In this document: one piece after another, positions 27,901 to 37,468 of the stretch
Numbering within the stretch: position 1 is the first letter of the stretch
Layout of the letters: every line of letters starts with the position of its first letter
Notes under the pieces: model-generated
What the model was told of the DNA's origin: nothing
Seen by the model: only the letters and a program-made list of their open reading frames with translations
Database searches by the model: none
Source of the DNA: a virus
DNA: 64,000 nt
Strand: one strand, 5' to 3'
Virus record (IMG/VR): IMGVR_UViG_3300027972_000007
Span: 32,001-96,000 of that record
Program-made: the position numbers and the translations under genes

Positions 27901-29151
27901 ATGAGATTGGTTTATAAATTCAACTTTACTGATACTTCAGATTATTTGAATAATCTTTGTATTATTTCAAAGAATTTATATAATCAGGCCAATTATTTGA
28001 TTAAACAAGAATTAAATACTAATAAAAAGTGGTTACGTTATAATGATTTAGATAAAATAATGAAAGTAACTAAAAATCTTGAAAGTAATATTAATTATAG
28101 ATTACTTAAATCTCATGTTGCTCAACAATGTTTAAAGTTATTAGATAAAAATTGGTCGTCTTTTTTTATGTCAATTAAATGTTGGAAAGCAAATAAAGAT
28201 AATTATAAGGGTATGCCCAAATCACCTTATTATCTTAAAAAAGATAAGAATTTATTAATATATACTAATCAAGTTTCTAAAATAAAAGATAATAAAATTT
28301 ATCTTTCTAAAGATTTTACTATAGATATACCTAAGTATAAAGATTTTAGTAAATTTCAACAGATAAGAGTATTACCTACATATATCAAAAATCAATTTGA
28401 AGTAGAGATAATTTATAATCAAGACATAAAGAATGAAAATCTGAATTATGATAAGTATTCTTCTATTGATTTAGGATTAAATAATTTGGTGTCTTTAGTT
28501 TCCGAAAACAAACCAATATTAATTAATGGAAATATACTTAAATCATATAATCAATTATACAATAAACAAAAAGCTAAATTATATTCAGTTAAAGATAAAA
28601 TGAAGAATAAACATTACACAAGGAGACTATATGAGTTAGAAAAGAATAGAAATAATTACGTCAAAGATTATTTACACAAAGTTTCAAGATTAATGATTAA
28701 TTATTTAATTAAGAATAAGATTGGTAATTTAGTTATAGGTCACAATAAACAATGGAAAGACTCCATTAATATAGGGCATAAAAATAACCAGGCTTTTGTT
28801 ACTATTCCTCATTCACAATTAATTAATTATTTAACATATAAATCTGAACTTTGTGGTATTAAGGTGCAAGAAGTTGAAGAGAGTTATACATCTAAATGTG
28901 ATTCTTTAGCTAATGAAACTATAGAAAAACATGAAGTATATTTAGGAAAAAGAATAAAAAGAGGATTATTTCAAAGTTCGTCAAGAAAATTAATTAATGC
29001 AGATGTTAATGGAGCTTTGAATATAATGAGAAAAGTAGTTGGTAATTCTTATGCAAATAAGATAATCAATAGTGGGTTCTTGTTTAACCCAGTAAAGATA
29101 AGGAATCTGTTTTCAAACTCTTTGCAAACTTGTTTATTAAAGATAACATGA
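27901..29151 (+). mobile_element. tnpB: IS200/IS605-superfamily TnpB (RNA-guided nuclease), no TnpA
   Basis: SKNLYN.ANY, IDLGLNNL (RuvC-I), DYLHKVSR, YKSELCGI, EESYTSK, INADVNGALNI (RuvC-III). Confidence 0.9.
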
Positions 29152-29170
29152 GTGAGACGCTCTAAATTAT

Positions 29171-29246
29171 TGGGATGTCGCCAAACGGTTAAGGCACTGG
29201 ACTTTGAATCCAGTATTTGAAGGTTCGAATCCTTCCATCCCAGCCA
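29171..29246 (+). tRNA. tRNA-Gln(TTG)
   Basis: CTGGA-CTTTGAA-TCCAG; GCCA end. Confidence 0.9.
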
Positions 29247-29254
29247 TTCTTTAC

Positions 29255-29330
29255 ATAAGCGTAATTCAATTGGTAGAATACTGGTCTCCAAAACCAGCAG
29301 TTAAGAGTTCGAGTCTCTTCGCTTATGCCA
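29255..29330 (+). tRNA. tRNA-Trp(CCA)
   Basis: CTGGT-CTCCAAA-ACCAG; GCCA end. Confidence 0.9.
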
Positions 29331-29354
29331 TATTAAAAATAATTTAAATACTTC

Positions 29355-29387
29355 TTGACTTATTTCTTACTTTAATATATATTATAA
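29355..29387 (+). promoter_or_regulatory. Repeated phage promoter
   Basis: TTGACT...TAATATATATTATAA plus the conserved leader. Confidence 0.75.
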
Positions 29388-29627
29388 TAGTAATAGAAAA
29401 GATAAACAATTTAATAATTTAATTCATAAAAAGGATTAATAAAATGCATATACAATATTTTATTGATAAAGAAGAATTTGCTGGTCGTACTAGAGATATA
29501 ATTCCAAGAATTGGAGATGAAATAAGATTTAAAAATGTAATATATAAAATTAAAAGTGTAGTATGGATAGAAGATGAAACGCCAGAACATGTTCATATTT
29601 TAATAGAAAAATAATTAAAAATACTTA

Positions 29628-29660
29628 TTGACTTTTATTGTGTTATAATATATATTATAA
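29628..29660 (+). promoter_or_regulatory. Repeated phage promoter
   Basis: TTGACT...TTATAATATATATTATAA. Confidence 0.75.
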
Positions 29661-29816
29661 CAGGAAAAATTATTATGAAAAATCTTTACATAGTTATTAT
29701 TCCATTTTTAATGCTTTTGACAATTTGTTCAGTTATATTTATCACATTTTATTTTGATGATTATAGTGATTATCAAATCAAAATAGAAAGTAAAAGAAAT
29801 TTAGAAATAATTATGA

Positions 29817-30140
29817 GTGATACAACAAAGAATTAAAAATATGGAACATTTTGTGGTTAAACATTATAGTGAAGATGCTCATCCATCAATAAAAGGAAAT
29901 GGTTTTGATGGTCTTGTAATTGGCAATAATCGTAGCGAAGCAGAAGATTTCATTAATTGGATAAATGCTGTTATTGATAAAGCATGTAATACAAATAAAT
30001 CAAATATATGCATAGCAGAGACAAAAGTATCAGTATCACAGTGGAATTTAGATAAACCGGAATGTGCTTGCGGCGGCAAAGTTATACTGGTTCAAGAAAA
30101 ATATCGTTGTGATTGCGGACGAGTATTTTATAAAATATAG
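29817..30140 (+). CDS. Hypothetical protein with C-terminal zinc ribbon
   Basis: CACGG...CDCG. Confidence 0.55.
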   Translation: MIQQRIKNMEHFVVKHYSEDAHPSIKGNGFDGLVIGNNRSEAEDFINWINAVIDKACNTNKSNICIAETKVSVSQWNLDKPECACGGKVILVQEKYRCDCGRVFYKI

Positions 30141-30162
30141 TATAAAAATAAAGGGAGTAATT

Positions 30163-30582
30163 GTGAGACAAATAAATGTTATTAAACGTGACAAAAAGCA
30201 TTTCCAATACTATCATAAAAAGGTATGGAATAAAATTATTGAATATATTAAAAGAGATTTTCCTGACAATAATACTCTAATATATTCTTCTGTTATTTAT
30301 GAATATAAATATGAAGCATTTAAAGAGATATTTAATATAGAAGAAGGAATTAGATCCCAATGTTTTGGATGTCATTGGTCAAAAATATCAATTGAAGATA
30401 ATGAATGTTATTGTAAAGATTGCCTATTTAAGATAAAATATAAAAAAGCTTTATTTGAATATGACTCAGAAAGACAATGTCTAAATGGTTTGTATTTTAA
30501 ACTTATTGATTCAGATAATAATTTAAATGTTAAAGAGTACATCAAAATCTGTATCAAAATCAGAGATTTTCCAATTAAATGA
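30163..30582 (+). CDS. Cys-rich hypothetical protein
   Basis: GTG start after GGGAG; CFGC...C.DCLF...C. Confidence 0.55.
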   Translation: MRQINVIKRDKKHFQYYHKKVWNKIIEYIKRDFPDNNTLIYSSVIYEYKYEAFKEIFNIEEGIRSQCFGCHWSKISIEDNECYCKDCLFKIKYKKALFEYDSERQCLNGLYFKLIDSDNNLNVKEYIKICIKIRDFPIK

Positions 30583-30603
30583 AACATAAAAAGGAATTTT
30601 ACA

Positions 30604-30999
30604 ATGGAAACTACAGCAAAAAAACTATTAATTAAAGCAATAAGTATATGGCAAAAAACTCATGAAAGTCTATTAGAAGTAGAAGGAGAGAAGATTGATA
30701 GAAATAATTTCATAGCTCCGTCAACGGTATATATAAATGAAAAAATAATTATGAAACATGGTATTTATCAATGTCCATTATGTATAGAATACCATAGAGA
30801 CAATGATTGTAGCGGATGCCCAATAAAAGAACATACTGGTTATAATCATTGTGATAACACTCCATATAGAACATTAACATATTATATGATTAAAACTAAA
30901 CCCAAAACAGTAACTAAAAAACTAATTCGAATCCATCAAGAAATGATAGATTTAATGAAAAAGATATTAAAAGATACACTCTGGAAATTGTATATTTAA
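30604..30999 (+). CDS. Cys-rich paralog family member 1
   Basis: CPLC...CSGCPIKEHTG...CDNTPY. Confidence 0.7.
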   Translation: METTAKKLLIKAISIWQKTHESLLEVEGEKIDRNNFIAPSTVYINEKIIMKHGIYQCPLCIEYHRDNDCSGCPIKEHTGYNHCDNTPYRTLTYYMIKTKPKTVTKKLIRIHQEMIDLMKKILKDTLWKLYI

Positions 31000-31013
31000 G
31001 ATAAAATATTAAA

Positions 31014-31292
31014 ATGAGGTTAAATATCATGAAAATATTGTTAATAATTTTATTATTTATAGGGTGTAGTAATTATTATAAAGAAATGAACGATATTGAA
31101 CTCGCAAAACATAATGAATTTATCAGTTATACTATATTAAATGAATTTCAATCTATTGCTGTTGATACATTACATAATATATGGCTTATCGAACATCACG
31201 GTAATGGTACTATAACTGATAAAAGACTAATATATTCTCCTATAAAAGAATATGAATTATTCATTATGCCAGCAGAAAAATATGGAAAATAA
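31014..31292 (+). CDS. Putative lipoprotein
   Basis: Hydrophobic signal ending FIGC. Confidence 0.55.
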   Translation: MRLNIMKILLIILLFIGCSNYYKEMNDIELAKHNEFISYTILNEFQSIAVDTLHNIWLIEHHGNGTITDKRLIYSPIKEYELFIMPAEKYGK

Positions 31293-31524
31293 TAACAGAT
31301 AAAAAGGAATTTTATGTGTTTAGATATAATTAATAAAAAATATGATATCCAACAGAAATATAAAAAGTACAAAGTAAAAAAGAATACAAAGAATATGAAT
31401 TAGAAACTATTACAAATCATTATTATGCAAGAATAGTGTATGGAATATATGATAATAGACTTGGTTATTACTATATCTGTATAAAATGTAAGAGTAAAAA
31501 TAGAACAGAAAAACTTATTAATAT

Positions 31525-31785
31525 ATGAAAGATAAAAAGCAAAACAATTTTGAAACAATGTATTTAGGAAAATGGATAGCTCAATGTGCAGTATGTGATA
31601 ACAAAAGGCAACATTGTCCGGATGAACCCATTCATTATGTAGAATATCGAGATGAAAAAGTAGGTTTATGTGAAAGATGTTTTTCTAATTTTCAAAATGG
31701 AGCATTTGATTATTCCCGAGTTAGAAAGATACCAAGAGAAGAACGTTTATATATTTGTACTAAAAATGGAAGGATATTAAGATAA
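31525..31785 (+). CDS. Hypothetical zinc-finger protein
   Basis: CAVC...LCERC. Confidence 0.55.
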   Translation: MKDKKQNNFETMYLGKWIAQCAVCDNKRQHCPDEPIHYVEYRDEKVGLCERCFSNFQNGAFDYSRVRKIPREERLYICTKNGRILR

Positions 31786-32012
31786 TCATGCAATTTAAAT
31801 CAGTATCTTATAATTATGCTTTAGATACAAATCTATCTACTAATTTTAAAGGTAGCAATATTCCTCATTCAGATATAGTTAAGAATATTACAACAGAAAT
31901 GATCAATAAATTAATTGGAAAGATGAGTGATATGGATATCCCTGATATTCTATATATCTATCAATATGACTGATAAACCATATTTGCAACAAGAGCAAGA
32001 AGAAAAAGAAGA

Positions 32013-32357
32013 TTGGAGTGGAAACTTATGAAAAATTATTATGTTGTTTTTAAAAGAAAAGGTGAAAAAGAACTTTCTCCAAGTGATTATTATATTATAA
32101 ATTCTATAGATGAAAAAACAGCAAGAAAAGAAGCGAGAGAATTACTTAAATTAAACTTTTTCGATAGTAATATACCTAAAATTGCTCGGGTTGATGTTAT
32201 TGAAGAAAAAAATTACTGTTTAGAATGCAAACTTTGGAACCCGCATATTGATGATATGAGTCCAGAAAAAATTGCTAAATATAATTTGCCAAGAATTAAA
32301 GATAATTGTAGTGCATGGTTATGTAATAATGGAACATGCCCATTTACTATCATATAA
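32013..32357 (+). CDS. Hypothetical protein
   Basis: Cys-rich C-terminus; true start probably the ATG at 32028. Confidence 0.5.
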   Translation: MEWKLMKNYYVVFKRKGEKELSPSDYYIINSIDEKTARKEARELLKLNFFDSNIPKIARVDVIEEKNYCLECKLWNPHIDDMSPEKIAKYNLPRIKDNCSAWLCNNGTCPFTII

Positions 32358-32382
32358 AAAATAAAGATTAAAGGAACAAAAT

Positions 32383-32619
32383 ATGGAATATAAAGTTATT
32401 AATTTAAAAAATAATAATCCGTACTTTCTACCAATACCAAACCAAATAACTGAAGGTGAAATAAATTGGTATAATAAGATTATTCTTGAATTACAAGAAA
32501 AGATTGAAGAATTGGAAAAGGTTATTGAGTTGGTTAGCAAAGAATTAGAAGAATCTCTCTGTTACAAAGGTCGTAGCGTAAACGAGATTATCGTTTCTTT
32601 GAGACAAAGAATTAAATAG
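32383..32619 (+). CDS. Hypothetical coiled-coil protein
   Basis: RBS; heptad pattern. Confidence 0.5.
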   Translation: MEYKVINLKNNNPYFLPIPNQITEGEINWYNKIILELQEKIEELEKVIELVSKELEESLCYKGRSVNEIIVSLRQRIK

Positions 32620-32809
32620 AACAATATTAAATAAAAAGGATATAACTAATGGATAATAATTCTAATGTTAAAAAACTAATCTATGAAATAAGAGACGAAT
32701 TCTTTAAAAGATTACTTGCTAAAACTGGTTGGGGAAGAAATGATATTAAAGAAGTATATAACGATTCATTAATTTTTATATTATCAGATAAAGTAGAAGG
32801 AGAAGTAAA

Positions 32810-33295
32810 ATGAATTATAGTAAAATGAATTATAGTAAAATGAATTATTATGCAGAATTAATTGAAAGTTTTAAAGGTAATAACAAAAATTATTTAAAAG
32901 AGATTTCTGATGAGATAGATAATTTTAGTGCCGCACTTGCAGCCTTCACTCATGATAAATTTGGAGTAAAAATATTCTTTATAAAAGATTCTACTAACTA
33001 CATTGAAAAAGGCAATAATAATTTTGCATATTCATTATTTATTAGATCAGGATTAAAACGTATTGTATTATATTTTCATTTTAGTGAAGAAGGATACCCA
33101 ATAACAACCACATTTGATAATAAAAATATAAGTATTAGAAGTATTTCCGAGTTAAAAGACTTTTTCAAGCATTTGATACATTCTTCTTCATTCATGAAGG
33201 CTATTTTAGAATTTGTTGATAGAATTAAATTAGAAAGAGAACATAATAAAAAAGAATCTATAGATTGGGCGGATTTACGCGGATTAGAAAATTAA
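32810..33295 (+). CDS. Hypothetical protein with triplicated start
   Basis: 15-bp tandem repeat encoding MNYSK MNYSK MNY. Confidence 0.6.
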   Translation: MNYSKMNYSKMNYYAELIESFKGNNKNYLKEISDEIDNFSAALAAFTHDKFGVKIFFIKDSTNYIEKGNNNFAYSLFIRSGLKRIVLYFHFSEEGYPITTTFDNKNISIRSISELKDFFKHLIHSSSFMKAILEFVDRIKLEREHNKKESIDWADLRGLEN

Positions 33296-33419
33296 ATGGT
33301 TAGTAGAATTCTAATAAAAGGAGTAATGTTACACCAATTCACTCGTTAATCATCGCTATATCGAGTAATAGCGGTATTGGAAAAGGCATTAGCGTGCCAG
33401 TAGCATTATTCCCTTAATA

Positions 33420-34045
33420 TAATGAGTGTACATTTTTTGTACAATATCACATGAGGAGGTTTAAAATGAATGATATGAGCTGGCCGGGTGCTTTAGTGAA
33501 TTTAGGTCTTTTATGTGCAATAGTTGTAATAGTTTATATCTGTAAAAAATATAAAAAGGATGATTAAATTGTATGTGTGTACATTTTTTGTATATTATAA
33601 TGTACATTTTTTGTACACTGTTATGATTTAATTTATTATAATATACTTAATCTATTATAATATACAATTATAAATTAAAGGAAGTTTTTTGAACAGATTT
33701 GACCGTTTATAATTTGAATATTGATTATATTAACAAATTTATTTTGATGTTTTATGAGATATTTTATGAATTTGAGCAGATTTGTGTTTATACAGAAGTG
33801 TTTGAATGAGAATGAGTTAATGAGGATGATGGCATGAGAATATTGGAGAAAATTTCATGATGGCGCATGATGTTTTGAGAAGTTGCATGAGAATTGCAAG
33901 TTTTTCAGGATGTTTTGAGAATTTGCATGAAGCTTCATGATATAAGTAACAATATCACCCACGTCATCATGAAAAAATTCTCGAAAAAATCTTGCACAAA
34001 ATTGTCTTCATAAAATTCTCATGAAAAAATCTTGCACAAAAATAT
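33420..34045. repeat. Repeat-rich, mostly non-coding region (candidate origin/terminus)
   Basis: Three TGTACATTTTTTGTA boxes, clustered (T)CATGA, direct repeats GATGTTTTGAGAA and AAAAAATCTTGCACAAAA. Confidence 0.6.
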
Positions 34046-34127
34046 TATTTGTAAATCATTTAATTATTAGATTTGACTTTTCCTGGCAAATAAGTTATTT
34101 TAATATTAATCAAATATAAGGAGTTTT

Positions 34128-34538
34128 ATGAAATATCTTTTTAATTCAGGTTCTTTCAGCATTAGTGAGCCTTTAGATATTGGTAATTCTAAAGGAGTAT
34201 TAGAAGTTAAATTAAATTGTGGTTGTGGAAGTGTAACAACTTCATATATTTCTATTGGAGATTTCTTAAGGGCTGTAAAAAGTATTGATGATACATTAAG
34301 TCGAGCAGAATCAAATGCAATTTTTTCAACAATTTCACGATGGGGTCCGCCAACGCCTTCTAATCCAATATCTTATAACCCATATAATGTTAAGTGTTCA
34401 AAATATGGTTGCTGTAAGGAAAGTATTAAAAAAATAGATGAGAATAATTGCCCTTGTTGTGGAGAATTAGACGGGTATAAAAGATTAATTGCATTAGGAA
34501 TATTTAATAATTGTCCAAGATGTGGGAGAAAGCTATAA
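34128..34538 (+). CDS. Hypothetical zinc-binding protein
   Basis: CPCCG...CPRCGRKL; strong RBS. Confidence 0.6.
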   Translation: MKYLFNSGSFSISEPLDIGNSKGVLEVKLNCGCGSVTTSYISIGDFLRAVKSIDDTLSRAESNAIFSTISRWGPPTPSNPISYNPYNVKCSKYGCCKESIKKIDENNCPCCGELDGYKRLIALGIFNNCPRCGRKL

Positions 34539-34566
34539 ATCTTTAATACAATAGTCCAAATACTGC

Positions 34567-34628
34567 CTACAATTAAGGATAAACGAAAAGTAATACTTTG
34601 ATACGTCGAAAATTATCTTCAATTCTAG
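34567..34628. repeat. 62-bp imperfect palindromic element, copy B
   Basis: CTACAATTAAGGATAAAC-26 nt-AATTATCTTCAATTCTAG. Confidence 0.8.
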
Positions 34629-34662
34629 GGTTAAAATAATATATACGTATTAAAGGAGTTTT

Positions 34663-34923
34663 ATGAAATTGATTTGTGGCGATTTTAAATGTGATATATG
34701 TTTCCGTTATACTTCTCATATAGTTCAAATAAGAATTGTGAAAGATTTGTTTTGGCCAGTAATAAGTGTTGTATGTACTGATTGTTTAACTTCTAAAGAG
34801 TTTTTCTATTTGGATGACGATGATGTTTTAAAATTTAATAGAGTGGAAACTACAAAAATTAAAGAGTTATATTTTAATTCATTGCATAGTAGTTCATTAA
34901 GTAAAAAGCTTGGAATAAAATAG
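34663..34923 (+). CDS. Hypothetical zinc-ribbon protein
   Basis: CDIC...CTDC; last + strand gene before the switch. Confidence 0.6.
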   Translation: MKLICGDFKCDICFRYTSHIVQIRIVKDLFWPVISVVCTDCLTSKEFFYLDDDDVLKFNRVETTKIKELYFNSLHSSSLSKKLGIK

Positions 34924-35154
34924 AATTCAATACTTTATTGACTTCATTTAAAGTATTACATTAGTAAATCAATTTAGAGCTGGCTGAAATGGTGTTTTCT
35001 TTAACTACAATAAAATCAATGTGGTTGATTTTTTTATCCCGGGGATAATTTCAAAAATATTGAAAAGTGAATCAATGAGTTATAATTCTTTTAAATACTA
35101 TTAGAAAAGCTATGTTGTAGGATAATAGGAATGATGTTATATTGGGTATAGAAT

Positions 35155-35190
35155 AAAAAACCTTATTAGAGTGATTCTAATAAGGTTTTA
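35155..35190 (-). terminator. Intrinsic terminator at the strand convergence
   Basis: AAAACCTTATTAGA/TCTAATAAGGTTTT stem with a U-tract on the minus strand. Confidence 0.75.
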
Positions 35191-35409
35191 AACAGGAGAA
35201 ACGAGAAAATTATTTTATTACTTCTTCGATACGTATTATCCAGCCTGATGGTATTGCAATACTTGATTTTGCTATTTTACCTTTTGCTCCTTTGATTGTT
35301 TTGCAGTCTTTAATCTCTCCCACAACTTTTCCTGTTTCTGTTACTATGTATACTTTCATAATCAACTCCTGTTTAAATTGTTTATGTTTAAGGATTAAAA
35401 ATTTATTCT

Positions 35410-35565
35410 TTATTCATCGCAACGGGTAGCACAGCATTCACAACCAGTCGTATCGCATGCTGGTTGCCACTTTGCTATTCTCGGCCACCAGACAAAACGG
35501 CGCATATACCATAAGCGTATGCGTTGTAAAAAACTTTTTTTCCTTCTCACTATTCTTCTTTTCAT
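35410..35565 (-). CDS. Small cationic, Trp/Cys-rich peptide (51 aa)
   Basis: MKRRIVRRKKSFLQRIRLWYMRRFVWWPRIAKWQPACDTTGCECCATRCDE; CAGGAG RBS; promoter at 35602-35634. Confidence 0.6.
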   Translation of the reverse strand: MKRRIVRRKKSFLQRIRLWYMRRFVWWPRIAKWQPACDTTGCECCATRCDE

Positions 35566-35601
35566 AATCAACTCCTGTTTATTGTTTATTTTCTATTACT
35601 A

Positions 35602-35634
35602 TTATAATATATATTATAACGCAAAATAAGTCAA
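35602..35634 (-). promoter_or_regulatory. Repeated phage promoter
   Basis: Same motif; further minus-strand copies at 35929, 38237, 41782, 44932, 54458, 62756. Confidence 0.8.
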
Positions 35635-35637
35635 GAA

Positions 35638-35892
35638 TTATTTTTTAAAAGGCATGGCCAATTCATCTTTAGAAATTTCTTTATAATTTATATAATATCC
35701 ATCAGAATTATATGACATCCACTGAAAATATCTATTCTGATATGTTATAACTTTTGGCCACTTCCAAGGGTCTTTGTCAGAATCTGAATATTTAAACATA
35801 AGCCATAAACCATTTGTACATAATGATTCTGTATGTACATTGTGAGAAAAAGGTATCATTGCATCTTTAACAACTTTAACTTGATCACACAT
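35638..35892 (-). CDS. Hypothetical protein
   Basis: Own promoter (35929-35962) and CAGGAG RBS. Confidence 0.65.
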   Translation of the reverse strand: MCDQVKVVKDAMIPFSHNVHTESLCTNGLWLMFKYSDSDKDPWKWPKVITYQNRYFQWMSYNSDGYYINYKEISKDELAMPFKK

Positions 35893-36034
35893 ATTTCTCT
35901 CCTGTTTAATGTTTATTTTCTATTACTATTATAATATATATTATAATAACAATAAAAGTCAAGAAGTATTTTAACTATTTTTTAATCTATTACTACAAGC
36001 TCGAAATTCCGTATACATATACGTTATTTTCACC

Positions 36035-36096
36035 CTACAATTAAGGATAATTGGAAAGTAATACTTTGATACATCGAAAATTATCCTCAATTCTAG
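36035..36096. repeat. 62-bp imperfect palindromic element, copy C
   Basis: CTACAATTAAGGATAATT-26 nt-AATTATCCTCAATTCTAG. Confidence 0.8.
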
Positions 36097-36111
36097 ACTC
36101 TAAATATAGCT

Positions 36112-36145
36112 AAAAAACCCTATTAGAAGAATTCCTAATAGGGTT
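36112..36145 (-). terminator. Intrinsic terminator
   Basis: AACCCTATTAG/CTAATAGGGTT stem; paralog of the 35155 terminator with a compensatory change. Confidence 0.75.
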
Positions 36146-36178
36146 CTAAACAGGAGAAACGAGAAAAGTATTTTATAT

Positions 36179-36583
36179 CTATATGTCTTTTTGAAAGTGA
36201 ATCAATATCTTTTCCATCAAATTTATCATTCTCTGATGATAGAGAATCAATTTTTTAGTTACTGTTTTGGGTTTGGCATACTTCATATAATTTGATAATG
36301 TTCTATATGGAGTATTATTACATGAATATTTTTTTGTATATTCTTTTATTGGGCAACCTTCACATTCATTCCAAATATCTTTTTCTAGCTCGATTATATT
36401 ATATTTTAAACATAAAGGACAATTCTCCGAGTCGTGCTCGAAAATTTTCTTTCCTTCTACATATAATATATGATAGCCGCGAATGATAGTTATTTTTTTC
36501 CCATACACTTTCACTAATCTTTTATGTGCAGTTTTCCATTTATTTATCGATTTAATTAATAGTTTTTTTGCTATACTATTCAT
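36179..36583 (-). CDS. Cys-rich paralog family member 2
   Basis: CPLC...CEGCPIKEYT...CNNTPYRTL. Confidence 0.7.
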   Translation of the reverse strand: MNSIAKKLLIKSINKWKTAHKRLVKVYGKKITIIRGYHILYVEGKKIFEHDSENCPLCLKYNIIELEKDIWNECEGCPIKEYTKKYSCNNTPYRTLSNYMKYAKPKTVTKKLILYHQRMINLMEKILIHFQKDI

Positions 36584-37004
36584 ATTTTATTCCTTTGGTT
36601 CAATTCAATTTGAAGAAATAATAAAAACAGTTTTTTCGTTATAACAATTTCAAGGTATCTCGGTTACAAAACGTTTTAACTTCCCACATTTATTACATTT
36701 GCAAATAGTAACGGTTTTAGACGTAAACAGCCAACGATATGAGTCAACAGCGGAAACCTTCACATTAACAAGTTTATCGATGGGTGCTGGAAACGTTTCT
36801 TTATCGAGAACAACCCAATCATGTTTGCAAAACATACTATTTTCCTTTTAATAATTGTTTATCTTTTTTCTGTATAAAAAATGAGTGACCCTAGTCATCG
36901 AAAGTAATTCCAGATTCGATTCTTCAGAGTTACTTGGGCAAGATTTTAACCTTTGCAAGAATCACTCATAATTTTTTTATCGTTACGGGAGAAACAATAA
37001 AAAT

Positions 37005-37253
37005 CTATTTAAATCTTATAGTAGCATTTTTGAAAAATCCTTCACAAATACATCCTTCAACTTCTTTTCCTGCTTGGGATGTTGCAATAAATCCAGTAGC
37101 ATAAATATCGTCTCTGCCGCATGCAAACCAATCATATCCAGTTATTCTAATATTTGTATAACCTTGATTTGCAAGTATTTTTCTTGCAGATGATTCATTT
37201 GTGCAGCTAATAATGAATACCGATAAAATTACTGTTAAAATAAACTTGATCAT
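37005..37253 (-). CDS. Putative lipoprotein
   Basis: Signal peptide ending IISC; GY.WFACG..D motif. Confidence 0.7.
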   Translation of the reverse strand: MIKFILTVILSVFIISCTNESSARKILANQGYTNIRITGYDWFACGRDDIYATGFIATSQAGKEVEGCICEGFFKNATIRFK

Positions 37254-37468
37254 ATTATTTCCTTTCTTTTATCTCCACGGCTTGGGTTCAGGTACTTGAA
37301 ATCCATATACTGCCTTTTTCTCGCAATAAGTACTCTTTCTTCCATACTTGCTCATTCCAGAAGGATGAGCAGCTTCTGATTTTTTTCTTGCAGATTTTTC
37401 TGCAGCAAGTTTCAGTCTTGATTTACCCTTCATGATTTACTCCTTTTTACGTTTAGAATGTTTATAAT

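Noticed and set aside
29148-29156. TnpB guide match to ATGAGTGA at 36881/36963
   Set aside because: Only 8 nt; expected by chance in this composition
32806-32850. Triple 15-bp repeat at a gene start as a regulatory switch
   Set aside because: In-frame slippage duplication; no evidence of function
35525-35545. Programmed frameshift at an A7/T6 run
   Set aside because: On recounting, the ORF is continuous in frame without a shift
36910-36935. Hammerhead ribozyme (CTGAAGA on the minus strand)
   Set aside because: The required GAAA core after stem II is absent
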